45,892 bases of DNA from an uncultured Candidatus Nitrosopelagicus sp. (GTDB lineage Archaea; Thermoproteota; Nitrososphaeria; Nitrososphaerales; Nitrosopumilaceae), in assembly GCA_964497885.1 (NCBI GenBank), contig CAZCFF010000001.1, positions 1,824-47,715 on the forward strand. The letters run 5' to 3'. The notes below the pieces were generated by a model, which saw only the letters and a program-made list of their open reading frames with translations, made no database searches and was not told where the DNA came from. Each line of letters begins with the position of its first letter. Positions within the stretch are counted from its first letter, which is position 1. Shown here piece by piece: positions 7,648 to 17,439 of the stretch. A program made the translations under genes and the position numbers.

Positions 7648-8910
7648 ATGGTATCTAAAGAGACTAATCATAAAATCAAATCCAAAAAAACTAAACAAAA
7701 TCCATCAAATATATCACCACTAATAAAAAAAGTTTCAACAATTTCGGATTCAACCAAATTACTATCAAAGGAAGTAAAAGCGATGTCAAAAATTTTTACT
7801 GAAAATCAGAAGATCCTTTTATCAATGAAAAATATGATTGACACACTAAGTTTGGCAATGGAGCAGATTCAGGTCCAAGAAAAAAAACTGAACCTAATTG
7901 AGGGTGATAATGAAAGATTATTTGAAGGGCTAGAACAAATGAGAAAACAGTCAAATATTATTTCCAAAATAAATACACAAACTAATGAATTGAAAGAGAG
8001 AGTAGAAAAAATATCTAAAATTAATGAAAATTCTCCCAATTCTAATGAAATAATGGAAAAAATAGATCAGTCATTTGATTCTATAAAAAACAATTCAAAA
8101 ATGATAATCAAAATTGCTGATCGAGTGGAAAATGTGAAAGAGGGTTTGAATAATGTATCTTCAAAGGCAGAGCCAATTTCAAAAATTACGGCAAAAATGC
8201 AAAGCATGACAGATAGCATCAGGACTATGAGGCAAAAAACCTCAAATCTGGGTAATAATATAACAAACTTCCAAAAGAAACTAGATAGTATTACTTCAAA
8301 GAAGAATTCACCAGAGGTCTCTGGAAATCTTGAAAATATAAAATCTGAATTTATAACTTTGAGAAAATATGTTGGAGAAAGCTCTGATGAGTTACAGGAT
8401 AAAATTTTAGGTTTATCAGATACACTAAACAGAGTAAATTCGTCTTCTGCTGAATTTCATGGGAAGACTGATTCTATAATTCAAGAATTACAAAAAATTG
8501 AAAAGGTTACCAACAAATCGACCAGTTCAACATCAAATGAAATTATTGGTCTTTTGAAATTATCAGAATATCAATCTGGTATACGCATGCAGGCTGAATC
8601 AAAATATGGAACAATGCAGGATATTGAAAAAATGGCACAGGATACAACAGAAATTGTTAATCTTTTTGACAGCATGTCGATTGAAACAGAAAATAAAATT
8701 CCGTTACCGCATGAAGTAAGACAATGGGCTGTAAGCACAATTTTTGATTGTGCTGATAGATGGGAAATTAGTTTTTCTGTGCTATTCAAGAAGATGTTAG
8801 AATTATTGGGCAGAGATTTGTTGAAGGAGGCAATAAGAATACAACAAGTTAGAGATATCTTTGGTATAAGAGCGGTTGATGAAATTAGAAATGAGTTAGG
8901 TCTTACCTAG
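7648..8910 (+). CDS. Soluble coiled-coil protein with globular C-terminus
   Basis: 420 aa rich in K/S/N/E/I with heptad-like pattern and no TM segment. C-terminal LPHEVRQWAV..CADRWE. Confidence 0.75.
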   Translation: MVSKETNHKIKSKKTKQNPSNISPLIKKVSTISDSTKLLSKEVKAMSKIFTENQKILLSMKNMIDTLSLAMEQIQVQEKKLNLIEGDNERLFEGLEQMRKQSNIISKINTQTNELKERVEKISKINENSPNSNEIMEKIDQSFDSIKNNSKMIIKIADRVENVKEGLNNVSSKAEPISKITAKMQSMTDSIRTMRQKTSNLGNNITNFQKKLDSITSKKNSPEVSGNLENIKSEFITLRKYVGESSDELQDKILGLSDTLNRVNSSSAEFHGKTDSIIQELQKIEKVTNKSTSSTSNEIIGLLKLSEYQSGIRMQAESKYGTMQDIEKMAQDTTEIVNLFDSMSIETENKIPLPHEVRQWAVSTIFDCADRWEISFSVLFKKMLELLGRDLLKEAIRIQQVRDIFGIRAVDEIRNELGLT

Positions 8911-10937
8911 ATTCCTTCTGATTTATCAATTGTGTCGATATTCTGCTTTTTCCTTTTCAAGATTGTAAATATTCCAATAATTCCCACAATCCATACACAA
9001 CTAAAAAGAATATTTGAAACACTTGCATACATGTATGGTACAACATCCATCAAATTTTCCTGAACAACCTCAGCTCTAAGACTTACATCCATCATACCAG
9101 TATGATATGCTGAACTATCTCTTGGAACAGCAGAAATTTTTTCAGTACTGATTAACATAGCATCCAGATCTGACTGTATTCTAACAAAGTTTGTTGTATC
9201 AGTTGGAAACATGTATACCGGATTTCCTTCTATCGGTAGATATTCCTTTATTGCTTGTATATCTGCCATGATTGTTTTTGGTTCAGAGGAAGCCATTATT
9301 CTATCAAGTAATCCTATTGATAGGTCGACAGGGTAAACATTTTCTTGATATCCAGTAAATCCCATGTATACACCGAAGCATATTATAGCAATAATTCCAG
9401 CGGTTGCAAGTTTGTATGTAATATTTGCCATCTTTTCCTCTTTTGTTTTAATATGCTCAGTTTTTGAACTGTCTCTTTTAAACCTTGTATGTCTAAAGCT
9501 CATTAATGCAATATACAAAAAGCCTATAGTTTGTAAAGCAATTATGGGTGCCCAGATTGGGTTTGACGAGTAAATTGCAATAAAGATTCCAAGTACACCA
9601 TAAATCCCAAAGAAGAGTTCTAGTAATGTAGTCTGAGAGAATGGTAAATTGTAAGCCTTGGTTCGCCAATCATCTGTTTTCTTAACAATTCCATATTTTG
9701 GTGTTCGTAGAAACTCATTTTTCTTTCCTATCATAGCATCAAATACAGCTACAGTATTGTTAACTGACATTCCTATAGAATATATGATCAAGTATGGCAT
9801 GGCTAGAGCCTTTTCTTTCCAGTTCTTGTCATACATGTTATGAATTATGTATAGATATGCTCCAGGTCCCATGGCCAAATATGTCGCAAGCGTTACTGCA
9901 GGTAAAAAGCTTACAATGTAGAGATTGACCTCTGCTGCTAGAAGAATTGGAAGTGTAAGAAATTGTATTAGCATTAATGGAAATACTATATGCCTAGTTA
10001 GCTGTACAAAAGCCTGAAGTTTTGCATCAAATGCAATCTTTCGTTTTGCTATAATGCTGCCAAGAAGTTTTATTGCACATTGGATAGAACCCTTTGCCCA
10101 ACGGAATTGTTGTCTTTTGGCACCATTCATTTGCACGGGTAATTCAGCGTCCACAACTATGTCAGGTACAAAAAGACATTTCCAGCCTTTCATTTGTGCC
10201 CTATAACTCAGATCTAAATCCTCTACAAGTGTTGCAGTATGCCATCCACCAGCGTCTTCAATACATTTTTTTCTCCATATTCCTGCGGTTCCATTAAAAT
10301 TCATGAATAAGTGTGAATTACTTTTTGCCCTTTGTTCTACCAAAAAATGAAAATCAAGACTTAGTGCTTGTGCTTGAGTTAGCGCAGAATATTTTTCATT
10401 TACATGTCCCCATCTGCATTGTATAAGTCCAATACTTGGTTTTGCAAAATAAGGCATTGCTTTTCTTAGATACCATGTTGGTGGAATGAAATCAGCGTCA
10501 AAAATGGCAACAAACTCACTTTCCGTAGATTTCATAGCATGTTTGAGTGCTCCCGCCTTGTATCCATCTCTAGTCCCACGTCTTACATGTAATATGTCAA
10601 ATCCTTTTTTCTTATGATCTTCAACAATATCTGATACAAGTTTTGTTGTGTCATCATCAGAATCATCAAGAACCATTATACGCATACATTTCTTGGGGTA
10701 ATCCAAGTCACAAACTGCATTAATCAAACGTTTTGCAACATACTTTTCGTTATAGATTGGAAGATGTATAGTTACAGTTGGTTCACCAATAACAACCGTA
10801 TTTTCAACCTCATTCCGACGGCTTGAAAGAAACGCCAAATAATAAAAATTACACGTATATGCAATTATGATAATCGCACATGCAATGAAAATATCAAAAA
10901 TAAAATATGTGAATGGGTTTGATGCTAATTGCTCCAT
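8907..10937 (-). CDS. Processive GT2 glycosyltransferase (cellulose synthase-like) with extra C-terminal domain
   Basis: LPIYNE, DDSDD, KAG, FDAD, VEDLD and QQFRW (D,D,D,QxxRW) motifs plus multiple TM helices. Confidence 0.92.
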   Translation of the reverse strand: MEQLASNPFTYFIFDIFIACAIIIIAYTCNFYYLAFLSSRRNEVENTVVIGEPTVTIHLPIYNEKYVAKRLINAVCDLDYPKKCMRIMVLDDSDDDTTKLVSDIVEDHKKKGFDILHVRRGTRDGYKAGALKHAMKSTESEFVAIFDADFIPPTWYLRKAMPYFAKPSIGLIQCRWGHVNEKYSALTQAQALSLDFHFLVEQRAKSNSHLFMNFNGTAGIWRKKCIEDAGGWHTATLVEDLDLSYRAQMKGWKCLFVPDIVVDAELPVQMNGAKRQQFRWAKGSIQCAIKLLGSIIAKRKIAFDAKLQAFVQLTRHIVFPLMLIQFLTLPILLAAEVNLYIVSFLPAVTLATYLAMGPGAYLYIIHNMYDKNWKEKALAMPYLIIYSIGMSVNNTVAVFDAMIGKKNEFLRTPKYGIVKKTDDWRTKAYNLPFSQTTLLELFFGIYGVLGIFIAIYSSNPIWAPIIALQTIGFLYIALMSFRHTRFKRDSSKTEHIKTKEEKMANITYKLATAGIIAIICFGVYMGFTGYQENVYPVDLSIGLLDRIMASSEPKTIMADIQAIKEYLPIEGNPVYMFPTDTTNFVRIQSDLDAMLISTEKISAVPRDSSAYHTGMMDVSLRAEVVQENLMDVVPYMYASVSNILFSCVWIVGIIGIFTILKRKKQNIDTIDKSEGI

Positions 10938-11001
10938 TTTATAATACTATCAAAATTTAGTTCAATATTAACAGTTATGGGATATATCATAAAACCCAAT
11001 A

Positions 11002-11955
11002 TTATTGTGGAAAAATCTTGATTGCCTGTGGTGGACAAACACCCTCACATGCAAGACAGAATATACAATCTGGCTCATTAATTTGGAGTGGCTTCTTAGT
11101 AGATGCCACGTTTCCTGGAAATTCAAAGAACTCATAAACAGATACAGGACATGCATCAATACAAGCACCATCTGCTACACATATATCAAAATCAACAGAA
11201 CAAAATTCTCCCCAAACACCCATGACCTTATTATCCGTACCAACACGTCCCCAAGTTTGAAGCATATTTCCTGTGGAAGTTTTGAATGGCGAAGAAGGAT
11301 CCATCTTATCCTTATACTCAATATCAATAGGACCTGGAATTGCTTCCTCCCCATCTCTCGTTGCTACCTGTTTTTTGCCTGCAACTGCTGGTTTTGGTTT
11401 TTCTATTTTCGCTATTGGTTTTGCATCTGGCACGATTTGCGCTAGTGGAGTTAATTCTTCTAATTTTATCAATGCTTTATCCTCAGAAATTTTTTCTGAT
11501 GTAATAATTGATTCAACCATTTTATCAGAAAGTATAGTATTTCTGAGAATTGTATCAATTACCATTTTTGCAAAATGATCTGCCTTTTTTCTATAATCTT
11601 TAACCCACTGAGGATCACCGAATTTTTCAATTGAAAATATTTGATAAATAATATCAACCACTTCACCAGTTACAATTTCAACAGTAACACTGAGTTTGAC
11701 CTGCTCGTATCCCTTCGCATCAGGATCTGGCATATTTTCTTCAATCCAATTATAGGTTGCATAAATTCTATCAGCATACATATCCATTTCAAAACTATTT
11801 TTTAGTCCTTGAAAGATTGACTGTATTTCAGCAGGATCTTCAAGCTTTATTGGTATTCTATATAATCCCAATTTGTAACCGTGTAATGGATAAACCCCTC
11901 TTTTTGCAGTAGGTGACTGCATTGTGTAAACTCTATCCTTCAGAAGTAGGGACAT
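11002..11955 (-). CDS. Dicluster ferredoxin domain (Zfx-like) fused to a ~200-aa N-terminal domain
   Basis: CVADGACIDACP and CIFCLACEGVCP cluster motifs at the C-terminus. Confidence 0.88.
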   Translation of the reverse strand: MSLLLKDRVYTMQSPTAKRGVYPLHGYKLGLYRIPIKLEDPAEIQSIFQGLKNSFEMDMYADRIYATYNWIEENMPDPDAKGYEQVKLSVTVEIVTGEVVDIIYQIFSIEKFGDPQWVKDYRKKADHFAKMVIDTILRNTILSDKMVESIITSEKISEDKALIKLEELTPLAQIVPDAKPIAKIEKPKPAVAGKKQVATRDGEEAIPGPIDIEYKDKMDPSSPFKTSTGNMLQTWGRVGTDNKVMGVWGEFCSVDFDICVADGACIDACPVSVYEFFEFPGNVASTKKPLQINEPDCIFCLACEGVCPPQAIKIFPQ

Positions 11956-12059
11956 AGTTCAATTTAGGTCAAATTTAGTTAAAAATCTTTGTTTGTGAGA
12001 CTGTTAGCTTGATCCTCAAAAAATTAAATTTTTAAGAAGCTTTTGTAAAAAAGATCCGC

Positions 12060-12875
12060 TTGAAAATCAATAAAATTGGAATTGTTAGCAAATTTGGTTC
12101 AAAAGAATCTGAGAATGCAGCAAAAAAAATAGCGAAAAAAATGCTAAAAATGAGATCTGTGGTTTATACTATTTCTCCTGTAATGGCAACAGGAGCAAAA
12201 CAGCTAGATTCGTTAGATGAATTAAAGAAGATAAAACTTGATCTTGTGATAACATTGGGTGGTGATGGAACTACTCTTAGAACTTTTAGAAATCTTGAAA
12301 ATGAAACTCCACTTCTGGCAATAAATGTTGGTGGTAACAGGGGAATTTTATCAGAAATATATTTGAGTGAAATTGACAATGCGATTCAAGCCATGAAGAA
12401 AAACAAGGTTTGGCTTGACAAAAGAACACGTGTTGTAGCTTCTTGTGATGGTGTGCAATTTCAACCAGCTCTGAATGAAATTTATGTGAATCGTAAAAAT
12501 TTAACAAAAACTGCTGAGTTTGAAACCAAATTTCAAAATGATACGGTAAAGCAAAAAATGGATGGTGTTATCATATCCACACCTAGCGGTTCTACTGGTC
12601 ATTCATTATCAATTGGTGGTCCTATACTTCATGAAAGTTTAGACGTATTGATCATTACACCGGTTGCCCCAGTTCACAGACTTCCGTCAATTGTTGTTCC
12701 AGATGAAAAAGTAGAGGTAACATGTTCACATGATTGTAATATTGTGATGGATGCACAAGTGATTAAATCAGCTGCCTTTGGAAATGTTATAACTATAGAA
12801 AAATACAAAAAACAAGCTGTCTTTGTTAGGTTAAAAAAGAAAGGATTGAGACAGATGAGTAAACTTGGCTTTTAG
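12060..12875 (+). CDS. nadK: NAD kinase
   Basis: GGDGT, NE and DG..ISTPSGSTGHSLSIGGP motifs. Confidence 0.95.
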   Translation: MKINKIGIVSKFGSKESENAAKKIAKKMLKMRSVVYTISPVMATGAKQLDSLDELKKIKLDLVITLGGDGTTLRTFRNLENETPLLAINVGGNRGILSEIYLSEIDNAIQAMKKNKVWLDKRTRVVASCDGVQFQPALNEIYVNRKNLTKTAEFETKFQNDTVKQKMDGVIISTPSGSTGHSLSIGGPILHESLDVLIITPVAPVHRLPSIVVPDEKVEVTCSHDCNIVMDAQVIKSAAFGNVITIEKYKKQAVFVRLKKKGLRQMSKLGF

Positions 12876-13341
12876 GGTTTTAGACTCTAGTGCATTTTAT
12901 GCAGGAATTCCATTTGGTTCAAACCAACCAAGTTATACCACATCACTAGTGTATGATGAAATCAAACATATCAAAAAAAATCATGATGCAATTGATATTT
13001 TAATTGAAACAAGGAGATTGGCTATTTCTGATCCAGAATCTGAATTTATTGAAATTGTAAGAAATGCTGCAAAAAAGTCTGGTGATTTACATGAGCTTTC
13101 TGTAGAAGATATTTCAATAATTGCATTAAGTCTAAAACTTAATGCAGAACTCATAACTGATGATTTTGCAATTTCAAATGTAGCAAAAAATCTCAAAATA
13201 CAAGTTTTCCCAGTAATGACAGATGGTATAAAAAATATTGTATCTTGGAAATACTATTGTCCTGGATGCAATAGTAACTCTTCTGAAAATATATGCCCAA
13301 AATGTGGAAATGCATTAAAAAGAAAAAAATTAAAAAAATGA
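12865..13341 (+). CDS. nob1: Nob1-like PIN endonuclease with Zn ribbon
   Basis: VLDSSAF, LSVED and TDDF motifs. C-terminal CPGC...CPKCG. Confidence 0.9.
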   Translation: MAFRVLDSSAFYAGIPFGSNQPSYTTSLVYDEIKHIKKNHDAIDILIETRRLAISDPESEFIEIVRNAAKKSGDLHELSVEDISIIALSLKLNAELITDDFAISNVAKNLKIQVFPVMTDGIKNIVSWKYYCPGCNSNSSENICPKCGNALKRKKLKK

Positions 13342-13342
13342 T

Positions 13343-14029
13343 TCACGAATCGTGAAGTGTTTTTTGGTTACTTTTTTTTAAATATTTACTTTGATTTTGT
13401 AGTATTTTTTTTATTTTTATTGCACGAACTTTTCCTAACCCTTTGATCTTTGCAAGATCTGTAGTTGATGAACTGAGGACTTGTATTGGGCTACCAAATT
13501 TTTCTAATAATTGTATAGCAGTTTTTTCCCCTACACCAGGTAAACTACACAAAATAGAAAGCTGTTGTTTACGTATATCATTCGATTTTCTAATTTTTTT
13601 TATAAACGGTCCTTTAGATTGTTCTTTTTTTGAACACATTGCAGTTAATAATTTTGCACTATGAAATGAATCAAGTGTAGTAATTATTGGAATTTTAAAA
13701 TCAATTGCAATAGATGAAATGGCTCCATAAAATACAAATGGATTTTCCGTTAGATCCTTAATTGTATTAATGTCCCCTTCTATGAGGATAATTGGAAAAT
13801 CAAAATTATTCTTCAATCGATCACATTGATCAAATAATCTTCCATCAAATACAGATGAAATTAGATCTTGGATACTTTTTCTTTCAACTATTGTTTCAGG
13901 TGCTACAATATAATCGCCAATTGGTAACATTTTCATTTCAACATTGATCCCAATTGATTTCAAAAGATCAGGTATACCACTTTTTTTTTCTCTTTCATCT
14001 ACAACTATGCGTAGATCTTTTAAATTCAT
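13343..14029 (-). CDS. xpf: Short-form XPF/ERCC4 structure-specific nuclease with HhH2 domain
   Basis: VDERE, GDY, ERKSIQD, two HhH motifs (LPGVG, IKGLG) and a C-terminal PIP-like QKTL. Confidence 0.92.
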   Translation of the reverse strand: MNLKDLRIVVDEREKKSGIPDLLKSIGINVEMKMLPIGDYIVAPETIVERKSIQDLISSVFDGRLFDQCDRLKNNFDFPIILIEGDINTIKDLTENPFVFYGAISSIAIDFKIPIITTLDSFHSAKLLTAMCSKKEQSKGPFIKKIRKSNDIRKQQLSILCSLPGVGEKTAIQLLEKFGSPIQVLSSSTTDLAKIKGLGKVRAIKIKKILQNQSKYLKKSNQKTLHDS

Positions 14030-14058
14030 AAATAATATGAGTATTTTTTATTAATATT

Positions 14059-14463
14059 TTATTTGGAAGGTTCGCCTTCTGATGGTGGTTTTGCACCTGA
14101 AGCAGATGGGTTTTTGATCATTTCTTGAATCTTGGATTCTTGTTCTTTCAGGCTAGTTTTGAGCTTATCCTCCTGTTTTACTAAAACAGTTGTTCTAGTT
14201 TTTATTAATTCCTTTTTTTCCTCAAGATCTTCAAGAAGTGTTTGCTTGTTTGATTTGACCAATATAGTGCCAGCAAATTTGAAAACTGCATCATCATCAG
14301 ATACTTTTTTTAATTCTTCCAATGATTTTTCTGTCTCAATATTTTCAAATTCAAGTTGCTGTTTTTGTGAAGCAGTCATTTGGAGGTTTTGCTGCGTTTG
14401 CTGTAGCTTTGCTATTTGCTCTTGCAACCATGGTGGTATCTGCTGATTAGATGACATATACAC
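14059..14463 (-). CDS. pfdB: Prefoldin beta subunit
   Basis: Coiled coils flanking VFKFAGTILVK. Position at the end of the exosome superoperon. Confidence 0.92.
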   Translation of the reverse strand: MYMSSNQQIPPWLQEQIAKLQQTQQNLQMTASQKQQLEFENIETEKSLEELKKVSDDDAVFKFAGTILVKSNKQTLLEDLEEKKELIKTRTTVLVKQEDKLKTSLKEQESKIQEMIKNPSASGAKPPSEGEPSK

Positions 14464-14481
14464 TATACAAATAACGTTTGA

Positions 14482-14727
14482 TTATATATTTACTGATTTA
14501 ATCGAGTCATAACTTGTTTGAATAAGCCGTATACATGAATTGAGATTAGCACGCATGTGAGTTAATTCGTTTGATTCAATTAGAATTGTGATTTTATTGT
14601 TAAAAGACATCTCAGTCTTTACTGGATTTTCAGGATAAAATTCGTTATCTGTATTAATGGAATCAAATATTGCCTTTGATTTTTCTTTTGCGTCTACTTC
14701 TATTTTTGCATTAAAGCTTGACGTCAT
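14482..14727 (-). CDS. pcc1: KEOPS complex subunit Pcc1
   Basis: ATG at 14727 (MTSSFNAKIEV...HMRANLNSCIRLI). Canonical position between rpl37ae and pfdB. Confidence 0.8.
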   Translation of the reverse strand: MTSSFNAKIEVDAKEKSKAIFDSINTDNEFYPENPVKTEMSFNNKITILIESNELTHMRANLNSCIRLIQTSYDSIKSVNI

Positions 14728-14926
14728 AAGCTGAGCCCGCCACTTTGAATGCACATTTTTTACAACTCCATATTCCCACAGCCTCTCTACCAAATTTTAT
14801 TGAACCACATTCTGGACACTTCCTCGTGGATTTCAGTAAACGATGAACTTGTGTGAATTGCTTTCTAGGTTTAATTCCATAGCGAGCACCAAGACCCGAA
14901 AGTGATTTTTTCTTTTTGGCAGCCAT
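14711..14926 (-). CDS. rpl37ae: 50S ribosomal protein eL43 (L37Ae)
   Basis: GARYG, CPECG and GIWSCKKC..AGSAY motifs. Confidence 0.95.
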   Translation of the reverse strand: MAAKKKKSLSGLGARYGIKPRKQFTQVHRLLKSTRKCPECGSIKFGREAVGIWSCKKCAFKVAGSAYDVKL

Positions 14927-14927
14927 A

Positions 14928-15746
14928 TTATTGGGGTTCTCCTACTGCCTTCTTGATAATCTCTCTGATTTTTGCTCCGGATGAAATAGCTATCTCGGAA
15001 CATTTTACAAGTTGTTCATACGTAAATCCATCCTTACCTCCTTTTTGAAGTGCTACAATATTTCCATCGGAGTTTGTTGCTATTGTAATTCTTGCATCTA
15101 GACATGCCCATTCGTCAATGTTTGGATCAGCTAAAATAAATTCCCCTATTCGTCCCATTGTAACTGATATAGGTATAGTTGTTATTGGAGGATCAATTTC
15201 TTCACCCTCGACTAAAACTGGTACATCATCTTTCATCTCCCATTTTGGAATTTTTGAAGTCATGATTGCTGCTACTGAAGCATATGAACAGGTATCGAAC
15301 AAATTTCCATCGTGATCAGTTACCACATTATCTGAGAATATACCTATAACAGATTTATCTTGCTGCAAAACACATTGAGATAAATCAACCATACCACTTT
15401 CACGTATACCTCTATCAACAACTCGTGCAAGTTCTATAACATCTGGTTGAGGAGGACCTGTTTCTGCACTTGGGTGTGCCAATGGAAGAATTTCTGCAGT
15501 ACATATGAAAATACCCTTATCACCCATATCAGGAAAAGGTCTATCAGGTTGAATTTTTACACCGGCAACAACTTCTGTGTCACCCAATCTAACTCGTGCA
15601 GAACCATTAGCATGTGGTATAACTCCTGTAACTACATCCAAAGTTCTATGCTCATCAAGTGCACGACCATCAATCCTTTTTCCCTCTTTGAGTAAATCAA
15701 GAATTTTAGATCTTTTTAGCTTATCTATAATTGAAAAATCTGTCAT
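14928..15746 (-). CDS. rrp42: Exosome subunit Rrp42
   Basis: RIDGR, GSARV, ELARVVDRGIRES and HDGNLFD motifs. Confidence 0.96.
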   Translation of the reverse strand: MTDFSIIDKLKRSKILDLLKEGKRIDGRALDEHRTLDVVTGVIPHANGSARVRLGDTEVVAGVKIQPDRPFPDMGDKGIFICTAEILPLAHPSAETGPPQPDVIELARVVDRGIRESGMVDLSQCVLQQDKSVIGIFSDNVVTDHDGNLFDTCSYASVAAIMTSKIPKWEMKDDVPVLVEGEEIDPPITTIPISVTMGRIGEFILADPNIDEWACLDARITIATNSDGNIVALQKGGKDGFTYEQLVKCSEIAISSGAKIREIIKKAVGEPQ

Positions 15747-15751
15747 TGTTA

Positions 15752-16483
15752 TTAATCTCCGTTAGAGAAATATTTTTCTCGTAATGCATTTTTCTGTATC
15801 TCGTAGATTTTTTTACAGCCATCTACGCCCAATTCAATACATTTGTTAAATTCATCAGGTGTTAGAACACCATCTAATTGTAAAAGTGTGATTTTTCCTA
15901 GATTTGGCATGAATCCAATAGGCATATCAGCTTGTCCTGCCTGATCTTCTTCATTATTTACATCAAGTATCAAAGCATCTCCAGCTTTTCCTGCAGCACA
16001 TGCACAAACCAAATCTCTCATAGGAATTCCAGCATCAGCTAACGCAACAGATGCTGCATCAAGTGCAGCACATCTAGTTCCACCATCAGCTTGTAAAATT
16101 TCAAGAAATACATCTACTGCAGTTCTAGGAAATTTTTCAAGCATTACAGCAGGTTCTAATGCCTCTTTGACAACTTTACTTATCTCTATCTCACGTCTAG
16201 ATGGGGCCGGGTTTTTTCTTTCACCAACCGAAAAAGGTTCCATGTGATATCTAACTCTCAAAATACCTGTATCTGGATTTGACATGTGTTTAGGATGAAC
16301 ATCCCTTGGTCCGAAAACACCTGCCAATATTTTATTTCCACCAAATTCAATGTATGCAGAACCATTTGCATTTTTTAATACTCCAGCTTTTATTGTAACT
16401 TTTCTTGTTTCATTGACTTTACGACCGTCACAGCGAATCCCGTTCTCGTCAAGTAATACCATATCTGATTTTCTTCCGCCCAA
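15752..16483 (-). CDS. rrp41: Exosome catalytic subunit Rrp41
   Basis: RCDGR, GPRDVHPKH, PSRREIEISKV and ADGGTR motifs. TTG at 16483 is preceded by an SD-like GGTGA. Confidence 0.96.
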   Translation of the reverse strand: MGGRKSDMVLLDENGIRCDGRKVNETRKVTIKAGVLKNANGSAYIEFGGNKILAGVFGPRDVHPKHMSNPDTGILRVRYHMEPFSVGERKNPAPSRREIEISKVVKEALEPAVMLEKFPRTAVDVFLEILQADGGTRCAALDAASVALADAGIPMRDLVCACAAGKAGDALILDVNNEEDQAGQADMPIGFMPNLGKITLLQLDGVLTPDEFNKCIELGVDGCKKIYEIQKNALREKYFSNGD

Positions 16484-16484
16484 A

Positions 16485-17171
16485 TTAATCACCATTAGTT
16501 TCTAACATTTTTTTCACTTTATCTGTCAAATCAGCAAGATGTGCCTGCTCTTCAACCATTTGAATTGCTTCAATTGCCTTTAATAACCCATTTGATTCAT
16601 CCCCAGATACAACCACGAGACCGTTTTGACCTATTGTAATAGATGTGCCAGTAGAAGATTCGATCGACTGTATCATAGAACCATGTTTACCTATAAGACG
16701 AGGAATTTTTGTTGGAGAGATCTTTACTAATTCACCCGAATCAATCTTTCCTAAATTTTGATCTGCAATAGATATCAATGGTTCACGAGATCTATCAAAG
16801 TTTGCAATTTTTGCACATATAAGATCCCCAGTATCAAGTCTGGATTTCATATCAATCATAGTAGCGGAAGAGCCCCGTCCAAATACGTCCTGACCCAAAA
16901 GCATTCCCTGATAACATGAATTAATGTCAGCAAACCAAGAGTTTCCAAATATAGATGTGATTTTTCCTATTACAATATCGTCGATTTTTGGTAGATAAAC
17001 GCCACTTAATGGGATAACCCTAACACTGTCATCATAAATATTGGTCAAGCCAATACTAGTTGCAATAATTCTTTTTCCATCCAATGTAACATTCTCCCGC
17101 AATCGTAATGGTGAAGTAGTAATAACATCACCAGGTATAACATATTGTTTTTTAGTTTTAAAATGTCTCAA
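16485..17171 (-). CDS. rrp4: Exosome cap subunit Rrp4 (S1 + KH, intact GxxG)
   Basis: VIPGD, YLPKIDDIVIGKI, IPRLIGKHGSM and GQNG motifs. Confidence 0.93.
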   Translation of the reverse strand: MRHFKTKKQYVIPGDVITTSPLRLRENVTLDGKRIIATSIGLTNIYDDSVRVIPLSGVYLPKIDDIVIGKITSIFGNSWFADINSCYQGMLLGQDVFGRGSSATMIDMKSRLDTGDLICAKIANFDRSREPLISIADQNLGKIDSGELVKISPTKIPRLIGKHGSMIQSIESSTGTSITIGQNGLVVVSGDESNGLLKAIEAIQMVEEQAHLADLTDKVKKMLETNGD

Positions 17172-17439
17172 TTATTTTCATCTAATATTTTTTGAATTTT
17201 TTCTTCCATATTTGAATCATCTGTAGTTGAATCTAACATTTTGAATACTTTAATAATTTTGTTCACGTTTGAATTATTTTCAGATTTTAAAACAATCAAG
17301 CCATTTTGACCTATTGTAATAGATGTGCCAGTAGAAGATTCAATTGACTGTATCATAGAACTATGTTTATCTATAAGACGAGGAATTTTTGCTGGAGAGA
17401 TTTTTACTAATTCACCTGAATCAATCTTTCCTAAATTTT
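16621..17439. repeat. 139-bp near-identical tract shared by the two rrp4 paralogs (16621-16759 and 17301-17439)
   Basis: Manual alignment: 8 mismatches in 139 bp, offset 680 bp. Confidence 0.9.

Noticed and set aside
14728-14793. N-terminal extension of Pcc1 given by the ORF track (likewise for rrp41, argG, lysM, rps9 and rpl10e)
   Set aside because: Artefact of longest-ORF calling. Downstream starts fit family N-termini and operon spacing better.
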